From Clostridia bacterium (lineage in GTDB: Bacteria > Bacillota > Clostridia > Christensenellales > UBA1242), in the NCBI GenBank assembly GCA_017501645.1, contig JAFVWN010000025.1, forward strand, positions 438 to 64,437: 64,000 bases of DNA. Direction: 5' to 3'. The translations under genes and the position numbers were made by a program. The notes under the pieces are model-generated. The model did no database searches and was not told where the DNA came from. It saw nothing but the letters and a program-made list of their open reading frames with translations. Positions 1 to 9,004 of this stretch are shown here, one piece after another (positions within the stretch are counted from its first letter, which is position 1; the number at the start of each line of letters is the position of its first letter).

Positions 1-1
1 T

Positions 2-1501
2 GCATCTGTTACAAGCGAAAGTATAGGAAAAGATATGAGAAATGATATTTTTAAACATGTTAACTCATTCTCTCATAGTGAACTTGATAAGTTTAGTACA
101 ACAACAATTTTAAATAGGGCTGTTCATGATGTATACCATATTCAAGAAGGAACAAGTCAAATTTTGAGAAATGTTATGAGAATCCCTTTTCTTATTGTTG
201 GTTCTTTAGTTATGGCTCTCTTTGTTGATTTGAAACTTTCATTGATTTTTGTTGTTGTATCACCTATTTTATTAAGTATAGTTTTTATAATCATGAAAAA
301 ATTACAACCACTTCTTAATGAGGGAAAAACAAGACTTGACAGGACAAGTCAAATAACTCGTGAAAATCTCAGTGGTGTAAGAGTAGTTCGTGCTTTTAAT
401 AAACAAAATTTTGAGATTGATAGATTCACAAATGCAAACACTAATCTTTTGCAAAATGAATTAAAACAAGGTTACCTTGCTGCAATACTTCAACCTCTTA
501 TTTATTTAGTTGTAAACATAGCAATTATTGCAGTTATTTACTTTGGTGGAATACAAATTAATATTGGCAATGTTTCTCAAGGAAACCTTTTAGCTTTTAT
601 TAACTACTTTGGACAAATCTCTGCTGCTTTAGTTGCTTTTGCAAGAATTATAACAGTTTTGACAAGAATGAAAATTTCTGCAAACAGAATAGACGAATTA
701 ATGTCTACTAAAAACTCAATAACTTCACCAAGTAAACCAATTACCATTGATATTAATAGTCCTGAATATGGTAAAGTTGTTTTTGAAAATGTTTCATTTT
801 CATATAGTAATTTAAAAGATGTTGTTATCAATCTAAATCTGGAAGTTAACCCTGGTGATACTATTGGTATTATTGGTGGTACTGGTAGTGGTAAAAGTAG
901 TATTGTTAATTTAATTCCAAGGTTTTATGATGCTACAAAAGGTACTGTTTATATAAACGGTCATAATGTAAAAAAATATAATGTTGAAGAACTTAGAAAT
1001 CACATAGGTATAGTTCCTCAAAATCCAACATTATTTTCTGGAACTATAAGAGAAAATCTACGCTGGAGAAAACCAGATGCTACAGATGAAGAAATTATCA
1101 AGGCTCTAAAAATTGCTCAAGCATATGATTTTGTAAAAGAATATCCTGATTTTCTAGACCATCCAGTTCAACGAGGTGGAACAAACTTCTCTGGTGGTCA
1201 AAAACAAAGATTAACAATAGCAAGAGCTCTTGTTGGAAACCCTTCAATTATCATTCTTGATGATAGTACAAGTGCTCTTGATTTTGCAACAGACACAAAA
1301 TTAAGAAAAGCAATAAACACAACACTAACATCAACAACTTTTATTGTTTCTCAAAGAACAAACTCAATAAAAGACGCTGACAAAATTATTGTTATTGATT
1401 CCGGTAATATTCTTGATATTGGAAAACATGAAGAACTTTTAGAAAGATGTTCTTTGTATAAAGAAATTCATGAATCTCAAAATAAGAAGGAGGGTAAATA
1501 A
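2..1501 (+). CDS. ABC exporter half-transporter (TMD-NBD), 5' end cut by the window edge; carries the non-canonical Walker B
   Basis: The frame is open from nt 2 (ASVTSESIGKD precedes the first Met at 35). Exporter-type TMD followed by an NBD: Walker A GGTGSGKSS, signature FSGGQKQR, Walker B IIILDDSTSALD (Asp where the catalytic Glu normally sits). The stop lies 2 nt before the next gene. Confidence 0.9.
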   Translation, partial: ASVTSESIGKDMRNDIFKHVNSFSHSELDKFSTTTILNRAVHDVYHIQEGTSQILRNVMRIPFLIVGSLVMALFVDLKLSLIFVVVSPILLSIVFIIMKKLQPLLNEGKTRLDRTSQITRENLSGVRVVRAFNKQNFEIDRFTNANTNLLQNELKQGYLAAILQPLIYLVVNIAIIAVIYFGGIQINIGNVSQGNLLAFINYFGQISAALVAFARIITVLTRMKISANRIDELMSTKNSITSPSKPITIDINSPEYGKVVFENVSFSYSNLKDVVINLNLEVNPGDTIGIIGGTGSGKSSIVNLIPRFYDATKGTVYINGHNVKKYNVEELRNHIGIVPQNPTLFSGTIRENLRWRKPDATDEEIIKALKIAQAYDFVKEYPDFLDHPVQRGGTNFSGGQKQRLTIARALVGNPSIIILDDSTSALDFATDTKLRKAINTTLTSTTFIVSQRTNSIKDADKIIVIDSGNILDIGKHEELLERCSLYKEIHESQNKKEGK

Positions 1502-1503
1502 TT

Positions 1504-3315
1504 ATGGGAAAATACCTCTCTTCTAAAGAAGTTCGAAGTAAAGAAACAAGAAAGTTTAAATCTAAGTATTTAAAAGGAAAAACTTCTTTCCAAATCATAA
1601 AAAAAGTTTTTAAGTATGCTAAACCATACAGACACTTTATGATTTTAACTTTTGTTTTTGACCTTCTTAGTGCAGTTGCTGAACTTTTAGTACCTATTTT
1701 TATGGGAAAGGCAATTGGCTCAGCAATTGGCCCGGGTAATGTTGATTTTAAAGCTATTACCATTTATTCTTTGATTATGCTTGGTTGTGTTTTGCTTGCA
1801 AGCTTATTTAATGCTCTTGGCACATTATGCATAAACTCATATAACTATAAAGCAACTTACAGAATTAGAGACTTATTGTTTAAAAAAATAAATTCTTTGC
1901 CACTTTCTTACATTGATACAACATCTCACGGAGACTTATTGTCTCGAATGATTAACGATATTGATGTTATGACGGATGGTTTTTTAGAAAGTTTTGCCGC
2001 TTTAATATCTGGAATAATGACAATTATAGGAACTTTAGTTTCTATGCTTATCCTAAATATTCCTCTTGCCTTAATTATAATTATTCTAACACCTCTAAGT
2101 GTTTTAGTTTCTCTGTACATTGTTAACAAGTCAAAAAAATATTTTAAAATGGAAGTTCAAACTCAAGGTGATTTGTCCGGTTATCTTGAAGAATATATTG
2201 CGGGTGAGAGAGTTGTAAAGGCTTTTAACCACGAACCTGAAAGTATTGAAAAATTTAGTAAAATAAATGATGCTTACTATAAAACAGGAGAAAAGTCTCA
2301 ATTTTTTAGTAATCTTTCTATGCCAACAACTAGATTTATTAATGGTATTGTTTATGGTGTAGTAGGATTATTTGGTGCCCTTCAAGCCTTACGGGGGAAT
2401 ATTGATGTTTCAATAATAAGTACATTTCTCTCTTACGCAAATTCTTTTGGAAGACCATTCAATGAAATAAGCAGTAACATTAGTGATATTCAATCTGCAT
2501 TTGCTGCTGCGGGGCGTGTTTTCAATATTCTTGAAGAACCTGATGAAATCAGCGATGAGAATTTACCAGAGTTACTTCATTGTAACGGTGAAGTATCACT
2601 TAAAAATGTAGAGTTCTCATATGTTCCAAAAGTTAAACTTATTCAAAATCTTAACCTTGAAGTTAAACAAGGTATGAAAGTTGCTATTGTTGGCCCTACA
2701 GGTTGTGGAAAATCAACAATCATAAATCTATTGATGAGATTTTATGATGTTAACAACGGTAGTATAAGTGTTAGTGGTAATAACATTAAAGAAATAACAA
2801 GAAGTAGTTTAAGAAATAAATACGGAATGGTTTTACAAGAGACTTGGTTATTTAACGCTACTATTCGTGAAAATATAGCTTATGGAAATCCAAATATTTC
2901 TCTTGATGAAGTTATTGAAGCTGCTAAGCTTACAGGTATCCACGAATTTATTGAAAAGATGCCTCAAAAATATAATACTATGGTTATTGAAGGCGGTAGT
3001 AATTTATCACAAGGTGAAAAACAATTAATGTGTATTGCTCGTATTATGCTTTTAAAACCACCAATGCTTATTCTTGATGAAGCAACTAGTAACATTGATA
3101 CTAGAACAGAAATGAATATCCAAAAAGCATTTAATACAATTATGGAAGGTAGAACATCTTTTATTGTTGCTCATAGGTTATCAACAATAACTAACGCTGA
3201 TGTTATTTTAGTTATGAACAAAGGTAATATTATAGAACAAGGTACTCACGAAGAGTTAATAAGTAAGAAAGGTTTCTATGCTAACCTTTATAATAGTCAG
3301 TTTGTAAAAGTTTAA
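1504..3315 (+). CDS. ABC exporter half-transporter (TMD-NBD), partner subunit with canonical Walker B and deviant signature
   Basis: 603 aa. Walker A GPTGCGKST, signature LSQGEKQL (deviates from LSGGQ), Walker B MLILDEATSNID, H-loop VAHRLST. Tightly coupled to the upstream subunit. Confidence 0.9.
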   Translation: MGKYLSSKEVRSKETRKFKSKYLKGKTSFQIIKKVFKYAKPYRHFMILTFVFDLLSAVAELLVPIFMGKAIGSAIGPGNVDFKAITIYSLIMLGCVLLASLFNALGTLCINSYNYKATYRIRDLLFKKINSLPLSYIDTTSHGDLLSRMINDIDVMTDGFLESFAALISGIMTIIGTLVSMLILNIPLALIIIILTPLSVLVSLYIVNKSKKYFKMEVQTQGDLSGYLEEYIAGERVVKAFNHEPESIEKFSKINDAYYKTGEKSQFFSNLSMPTTRFINGIVYGVVGLFGALQALRGNIDVSIISTFLSYANSFGRPFNEISSNISDIQSAFAAAGRVFNILEEPDEISDENLPELLHCNGEVSLKNVEFSYVPKVKLIQNLNLEVKQGMKVAIVGPTGCGKSTIINLLMRFYDVNNGSISVSGNNIKEITRSSLRNKYGMVLQETWLFNATIRENIAYGNPNISLDEVIEAAKLTGIHEFIEKMPQKYNTMVIEGGSNLSQGEKQLMCIARIMLLKPPMLILDEATSNIDTRTEMNIQKAFNTIMEGRTSFIVAHRLSTITNADVILVMNKGNIIEQGTHEELISKKGFYANLYNSQFVKV

Positions 3316-3350
3316 AAGTAGATATATTTATATATCTACTTTTATTTTAT
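3315..3350 (+). terminator. Intrinsic terminator after the ABC pair
   Basis: AAAGTAGATATA (3315-3326) pairs with TATATCTACTTT (3331-3342): a 10-bp perfect core with a 4-nt loop, followed by a T-rich run. Confidence 0.65.
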
Positions 3351-3588
3351 AAAAATTGAGTTAAAATGTATTTTTTAAGTATGTTTTATTATATGTTTTG
3401 ACAAAATAACTCACTTATTTAACTGTAAGTTTAGTTAATTTTTTATTTTTTTAAGTAGTATAAGTAGGAGGATATGTCAATAAGTTAATAAGTCAAAAAA
3501 TGCTAGATAAATCAAGACATCCTTATTGTTTATAACTTGTTCACATTATTGTTTAAAACTTGTCGAAATTTGACAATAAAGTCAATAA

Positions 3589-4521
3589 CTATTGTTTATA
3601 ACTTTTTATTTTGACATCATTAAAGAAGTAAAAAATGATTTCTTTATATGTTTTTCCTTCGTTCGCTAAGGTTATAGCATACTCTTGAGATAAACCAACA
3701 CCATGACCATATCCCCTTCCACTAAAAGTTATAGTGTTTTCATCTACAGAAATAGAGTCTATAAGGGTTGATTTTAATTTAGTACTACCTATACTTAACC
3801 TAAATTTGTTAGCTGAAATTTCTTTGCCTCCAACAATAAAAGTTTTAGCTCTTCCAGAACTATCTTTCTCTCCTATTTTAAAAGTTGACAAAGATGAAAT
3901 ACTTATTCCTAAATCTCGTAAAGTTGTTAAAATCTCGCTTTTTGTAAACGAATAATACCATTTAAAGTTTTTTGAGTTATTTGTATTTTCATTAGTTTTT
4001 ATTGGTTTTATATACTTAGGTTCTTCTAAAGAATAACCTAAACCATCAGTTGCTGTTGTTGTGTGCCCTCCACTATTCGAATGAAACCAAGCATTTATAT
4101 AATCATTGTCATAATAGACAACAATATCCTTTGTTTCCTTAACAGCTCTTCTAATATTGTCATTTATATAATCTTCATTGTATGCTTGTGCCTCATTAAT
4201 ATCTGTTGAAATGTCAGCTCCTTCATACATTGATGAATCATCTCTTAAAAATTTTAAAGTAAATGTCCTTGCAAGGACAGCTTGTGCTTTAAGGGCTTCT
4301 ATTGGAGCATTGTTACTAATTTCACCAGCGACAACACCTTCTAAATATTTTTCTAAATTAATTTGTTGAAACATTTGACTTTTTGTGTCGAAAAGATTTA
4401 TATTCATAGTCCGCGTCTTTTTTTGGCAAGATGCGAAAAGGAATATTGGAAGAATTATTATCGGCAATAATAGTAATGTTAAAATTCTATTAAATCCAAA
4501 TGTCGTATGATGTTTTTTCAT
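3589..4521 (-). CDS. spoIID: SpoIID/LytB-family protein (sporulation lytic transglycosylase type)
   Basis: Motifs EALKAQAVLARTF, SNSGGHTT and GRGYGHGVGLSQ; N-terminal hydrophobic anchor. The ORF track starts at 4539, but the ATG at 4521 is preceded by GGAG (4527-4530, 5-nt spacer), so I call 4521. Confidence 0.8.
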   Translation of the reverse strand: MKKHHTTFGFNRILTLLLLPIIILPIFLFASCQKKTRTMNINLFDTKSQMFQQINLEKYLEGVVAGEISNNAPIEALKAQAVLARTFTLKFLRDDSSMYEGADISTDINEAQAYNEDYINDNIRRAVKETKDIVVYYDNDYINAWFHSNSGGHTTTATDGLGYSLEEPKYIKPIKTNENTNNSKNFKWYYSFTKSEILTTLRDLGISISSLSTFKIGEKDSSGRAKTFIVGGKEISANKFRLSIGSTKLKSTLIDSISVDENTITFSGRGYGHGVGLSQEYAITLANEGKTYKEIIFYFFNDVKIKSYKQ

Positions 4522-4602
4522 AATATCTCCTTTAGACATAGTTTTAGTTTGTTTGAAAAATTTATACTATTTATTTAATATTTATTGATTACATAGTTTT
4601 AC

Positions 4603-4632
4603 TTGACTAAAGCACAATTTAATTTTTATAAT
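4603..4632 (+). promoter_or_regulatory. Sigma-A-type promoter directly abutting the start codon of the 899-aa LRR gene
   Basis: TTGACT (4603-4608), 18-nt spacer, TATAAT (4627-4632). ATG ATG follows at 4637/4640 and there is no SD in between. Confidence 0.45.
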
Positions 4633-4636
4633 AATT

Positions 4637-7336
4637 ATGATGAAAGCAAAAGATAATAAAATCTTATATTCAGTCATAACTGCAATTGTAATTGTGGTTA
4701 TTTTCGCCTTTGTTTTTGGGCTATTGTTTGTGAAAGATAAAAATAATATTTATATAACGCTATACTCACCTATTGGAAACACAAAACAGGTTATTAAAAC
4801 TTCATCAGGTAGTGAAATTGATAATATGCTTGAGCCTGTTGATGTTGAGGGTTATGAATTTATTGGTTGGTTCTATGATGATGAGTTAACAACTAAAGTT
4901 GAGAAAGGAACAGTTTTTAATAGTAGTAGAATTTTAAAAGCTGGTTACAGTAAAGTTATTAACAAGTCATTAACTCAAGACATAAGTTACAAAGATATTA
5001 CTAATCAAAAATTCTTAACAATAAAAACTTTCGATGGCGTTACCTTAACAAAAGCAGAATTAAAAACTATTCTTCAAAAAGGAGTTAGATATCTTAATCT
5101 TTCAAACGCAGATTTAGAGAAAAAAGTTCTTGACAATGAAATCTTTTTTGGGGAAACAACAATTAAGGAAGTTATCCTTCCAAGGAATGTTGTAAAAATT
5201 GAGAACTATGCGTTTAAAAATTGTTATAACTTAAAGTATGTTAAATTAGGTAACCAAACAATAACTTTAGGAAACAATACTTTTTATAATTGTAAAAATC
5301 TTGAAACATTAGATAATTTAGAAGTTGTTCAAAATTTAGGTCAATCTGTTTTTGAAGGTTGTGATAGTTTGAAAACTTTAAATTTAGGCAAAAATTTAAA
5401 AACAATTGAGCCTAAAGCTTTTTATGGATTGCAACTTAATAACATAACAATAGAAAATGAAAATCCAAACTTTAGAATTACCGGCAATGCTTTATATTCT
5501 TACGATTATCTCAATTTGATATATGTTCCATCAAACTATTCAGGAAGTTTAATTATAAATGAACAAACTCAAAAGGTTTGTGATTTTGCTTTGTATGGAA
5601 CTAAGTTTTTAACAAGTGTAACATTCCCTAATTCTCTTAGTTATATTGGGGATTCGGCGTTTAAAGACTGTAAAAATCTTGAGAAAGTTATATTTAATAG
5701 TGCAAAAAGTTATAAAATCTCAAACTATGCATTTAGTGGTTGTGAAAAGATTAAGCAAATTCAATTTGCAACCGGGCTTGAAAGTATTGGGAAAGAATCT
5801 TTTAGAGATTGTAAAAACATAGAAAATATTGTGTTTAATATATCGACAGCTACAAGTGTGTCAAATATAAATTACATTGGTAATGGAGCTTTTAAAAATT
5901 GTAAAAGCTTAGAATATGTTGTTATTCCTGAAAGTGTTGTTTTTGTAGGTGATGAATTATTTTACGGTTGTTCAAATCTTGAAGGTATAGAACTCTCTTC
6001 AAAAATCACAGAGATTCCAGAAAAAATGTTTTATGAAAATTCTGCTCTTGTTAAAGTTGAGACGGGTAATATTAAAAATATTAATAATTATGCATTTGCT
6101 GAATGTTTAAAACTTACAGATATTGAATCTTTGTTTACAGCAGAAAATATTGGTGTAGGCGCTTTTAAAAATTGTGTTAATTTAAAAACCGTATTGTTTA
6201 ATAATGTTAAAAATATTGGTGATGATTGTTTTGTTAATTGTAAAAGTCTCACTAATGTTTCTTTTGATAATGTAGTAAATTTTGGAGAAAATAGTTTTGC
6301 TTACTGTGAATCGTTAAAAAACTTTAACATTGGTAATAATGTTGAATCTATAAAAGACAGTACTTTTTATTATTGCAAAAACATTGAAAATTATAATTGT
6401 TTAGGGAATAACTATTATGTTTCTATTGAAGGTGTTTTATATGATGTAGATAAAAAAATAATAGTTGCCTATCCTCAAAATAAAAAATATGTAAACTTTA
6501 CAATTAATTCAACTGTTGAGAAAATATTAGATAAAGGTTTATACTTAAATCAGTACTTGTCTAATATTGATGTTGCTGATGGCAATTTGTATTTTTCTAG
6601 TGTTGACGGGATTTTGTTTGATTATAACAAAACAACTCTTTTAAGGTATCCCTGTGGAAAAACACAAACTGAGGTTGTTATTGATTATGATGTAGAAATC
6701 ATTGCTGAATACGCTTTTGCCTTTAATAAACACATTCAAACATTAAAAATTCCTTCAACTGTAAAAGTAATAAATAATAATGCGTTATTTGGTTTAACAT
6801 TTATTGAAACTATAGAAGTTCCATTCGTTGGAAAAACTGTTAGTGAGAATAAATTTATTGGTTATTTTTTTGGGGCAAACAGTTTTGTTTCAAACCACAA
6901 CTATACTCCAGAAACTTTAAAAAATGTTATTGTAACAAATGATACTATGGTTGCAGAATATTGTTTTTATGATGCAACTTCAGTAGAATATGTAGAGTTT
7001 AATAAAGATGTTTACATTGTTGAAAAGTATGCTTTTTATGGTGCTAAATCATTAAAAGAAATATATTTCAACGGAGCAATTAATTCTATAAAAGCAAAAG
7101 CTATATACAATTTGCCAAATTTAAAAACTTTAACTTTTGGTTTTGATAGTTTATTAGTTCTTGACAATAATGCTATCGGTGAATTAACTTATATTATCAA
7201 AGTTTATATTCATAATAAAAATCAAAATGTCCCTCAGGATTTTAGAGGATTTTTAATTTCAAAGTTCTCTAGTGTTTATAGTAAAGCTGGAGATTGGCAA
7301 TGGCAATTTAAAAATAATGTTAAAAATATTTTGTAA
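4637..7336 (+). CDS. BspA-type leucine-rich-repeat surface protein with N-terminal membrane anchor and one B-repeat module
   Basis: 899 aa. N-terminal hydrophobic segment ILYSVITAIVIVVIFAFVFGLLFV. One B-repeat-like module (VEGYEFIGWFYDDELTT...LKAGY). Then many repeats of the type I-x-x-x-AF-x-x-C-x-x-L-x-x-V-x-(IL)P (e.g. IENYAFKNCYNLKYVKLG, IGDSAFKDCKNLEKVIF). Confidence 0.8.
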   Translation: MMKAKDNKILYSVITAIVIVVIFAFVFGLLFVKDKNNIYITLYSPIGNTKQVIKTSSGSEIDNMLEPVDVEGYEFIGWFYDDELTTKVEKGTVFNSSRILKAGYSKVINKSLTQDISYKDITNQKFLTIKTFDGVTLTKAELKTILQKGVRYLNLSNADLEKKVLDNEIFFGETTIKEVILPRNVVKIENYAFKNCYNLKYVKLGNQTITLGNNTFYNCKNLETLDNLEVVQNLGQSVFEGCDSLKTLNLGKNLKTIEPKAFYGLQLNNITIENENPNFRITGNALYSYDYLNLIYVPSNYSGSLIINEQTQKVCDFALYGTKFLTSVTFPNSLSYIGDSAFKDCKNLEKVIFNSAKSYKISNYAFSGCEKIKQIQFATGLESIGKESFRDCKNIENIVFNISTATSVSNINYIGNGAFKNCKSLEYVVIPESVVFVGDELFYGCSNLEGIELSSKITEIPEKMFYENSALVKVETGNIKNINNYAFAECLKLTDIESLFTAENIGVGAFKNCVNLKTVLFNNVKNIGDDCFVNCKSLTNVSFDNVVNFGENSFAYCESLKNFNIGNNVESIKDSTFYYCKNIENYNCLGNNYYVSIEGVLYDVDKKIIVAYPQNKKYVNFTINSTVEKILDKGLYLNQYLSNIDVADGNLYFSSVDGILFDYNKTTLLRYPCGKTQTEVVIDYDVEIIAEYAFAFNKHIQTLKIPSTVKVINNNALFGLTFIETIEVPFVGKTVSENKFIGYFFGANSFVSNHNYTPETLKNVIVTNDTMVAEYCFYDATSVEYVEFNKDVYIVEKYAFYGAKSLKEIYFNGAINSIKAKAIYNLPNLKTLTFGFDSLLVLDNNAIGELTYIIKVYIHNKNQNVPQDFRGFLISKFSSVYSKAGDWQWQFKNNVKNIL

Positions 7337-7390
7337 TTTTGAAAAAATGTGTTAATCTATAATAAATAAAAATAAAGGAGCAAAATTTTT

Positions 7391-8791
7391 ATGAATATAA
7401 GAGTTCCTGATGAATTAAATAGATTAGCACATATTTTTTATTCTAATAATGAAAAGTTATATATTGTTGGTGGTTTTGTAAGAAATCAAATTATGGGATT
7501 CCCAGATAAGTATAATATTGATATTGATGTTTGTAGTTCTGCTAAGCCAGAAAAAATAATATCAATGTTAAAAGATACTGAATTTTCTGTTAGATATATG
7601 AATGAAGATGTAGGCGTATTAGAAATAAAAGGTAACATAAGAGTTGAACATGCAACCTTTAGAAGGGAAAAATACGCCCTACCTGGGGTTCATTTACCAA
7701 ACAATGTAGAATTCGTTGATAATTTAGAAATTGATGCTTTAAGGCGTGATTTTAGGTGTAATGCTATTTATTACGATATTATTAACCAAGAAATTATTGA
7801 TCCTCTTGATGGAATAAAGGATATAGAAAAGAAAATCATAAGGACAACAGAGGAACCAAAAATAGTTTTTGCAAATGATGCAGAAAGAATTTTGAGAATG
7901 GTTAGGTTTGCTGTAACTTTAGGTTTTAAAATTGATAATGAAACATATAATGAAGCCAAAAACAATGTCTTTAAGCTAAAATACATAAGCAACTTTAGAA
8001 AAAGAGAGGAGTTTAGTAAAATTGTTACTGCTGATACAAAATATGACTTCTTAACAGATATAAAATATGCTCATGCAAGAGGTTTAGTATTTTTAGATGA
8101 CTTAGATGCAATAAAGTATATATTACCAGTTCTTAGCGATATTAAAAATAGTGGATTAAAAGCTGACAAAAATAAAACTTTATATGAGCATATTATTAAT
8201 GTTTTTGCTTTGAGTGATAAAGAAGTTAGACTTTCAGCACTATTACATGATGTGGGAAAAGCTAAAGCAAAAATGGAATACGGGAATTTTGCTGGGGCTA
8301 GTGAATTAGCTTCTGTTATAATAGAAAAGAATCTTGGTAGTGAAGGTTTAGGATTTTCTAAAAAAATTACTGAAAGAGTAAAAAATGTGGTTTTTTGTGC
8401 AGATTTTAACAAGTTTGGTATAGAATCTGCAAAAAATATAAAAAGATTTATCATTGAAAACAAAGAGAATTTGTGGTTAATTATTAAACTTCAAAATGCA
8501 ATAAGATTAGAAAAAAGCAATCTAAAAAGAAAGTCAATAAGAGCAAATAGATTAAATAAAATCTATGAAGATATGATAAATAAAGGAACTCCAATGAGTG
8601 TTAGTGATTTGAAAATTAAAGGGGATGTTTTAATAACAAAAATAAAAAATATAAGAGTTAATAAAATATCTCAATTGTTAAAAGAATTGTTATATAAATG
8701 TGTTGATTGGCCTGCATATAATAATCAAGAAGATTTATTAAGATTAGCAAATAAGATAGTATCAAAAAACAAAGAGGAGTATTTATATTAA
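7391..8791 (+). CDS. cca: CCA-adding tRNA nucleotidyltransferase / poly(A) polymerase family with HD domain
   Basis: Motifs GGFVRN, DIDV, RRDFRCNAIYYD, ERILRMVRFA and HD motif LLHDVGK. SD AAGGAG upstream. Confidence 0.85.
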   Translation: MNIRVPDELNRLAHIFYSNNEKLYIVGGFVRNQIMGFPDKYNIDIDVCSSAKPEKIISMLKDTEFSVRYMNEDVGVLEIKGNIRVEHATFRREKYALPGVHLPNNVEFVDNLEIDALRRDFRCNAIYYDIINQEIIDPLDGIKDIEKKIIRTTEEPKIVFANDAERILRMVRFAVTLGFKIDNETYNEAKNNVFKLKYISNFRKREEFSKIVTADTKYDFLTDIKYAHARGLVFLDDLDAIKYILPVLSDIKNSGLKADKNKTLYEHIINVFALSDKEVRLSALLHDVGKAKAKMEYGNFAGASELASVIIEKNLGSEGLGFSKKITERVKNVVFCADFNKFGIESAKNIKRFIIENKENLWLIIKLQNAIRLEKSNLKRKSIRANRLNKIYEDMINKGTPMSVSDLKIKGDVLITKIKNIRVNKISQLLKELLYKCVDWPAYNNQEDLLRLANKIVSKNKEEYLY

Positions 8792-8792
8792 T

Positions 8793-8924
8793 ATGAAAAT
8801 ATTTATGATTTTGTTATGTTTAGGATTATTTAGTGTTTCAGTTTTCTTAATAGCTAAGTATGGAATAAAAAAGAAAGAATCTCAAGAGTATGTGAATGGT
8901 GTATTAGATTCATATGAAAAATAA
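8793..8924 (+). CDS. Candidate 43-aa single-pass membrane peptide (absent from the ORF track)
   Basis: The ATG at 8793 lies 1 nt after the cca stop. Product MKIFMILLCLGLFSVSVFLIAKYGIKKKESQEYVNGVLDSYEK. It ends at TAA 8922-8924, 16 nt before a clean terminator. Confidence 0.35.
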   Translation: MKIFMILLCLGLFSVSVFLIAKYGIKKKESQEYVNGVLDSYEK

Positions 8925-8940
8925 AATTATTAAAGTTATT

Positions 8941-8969
8941 GACGATAGAAAAAACTATCGTCTTTTTTT
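8941..8969 (+). terminator. Intrinsic terminator
   Basis: GACGATAG (8941-8948), loop AAAAAA, CTATCGTC (8955-8962), then T7. Confidence 0.8.
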
Positions 8970-9004
8970 GTATAATTTTTTACAAAAAATGACAAAATAT
9001 AAAT

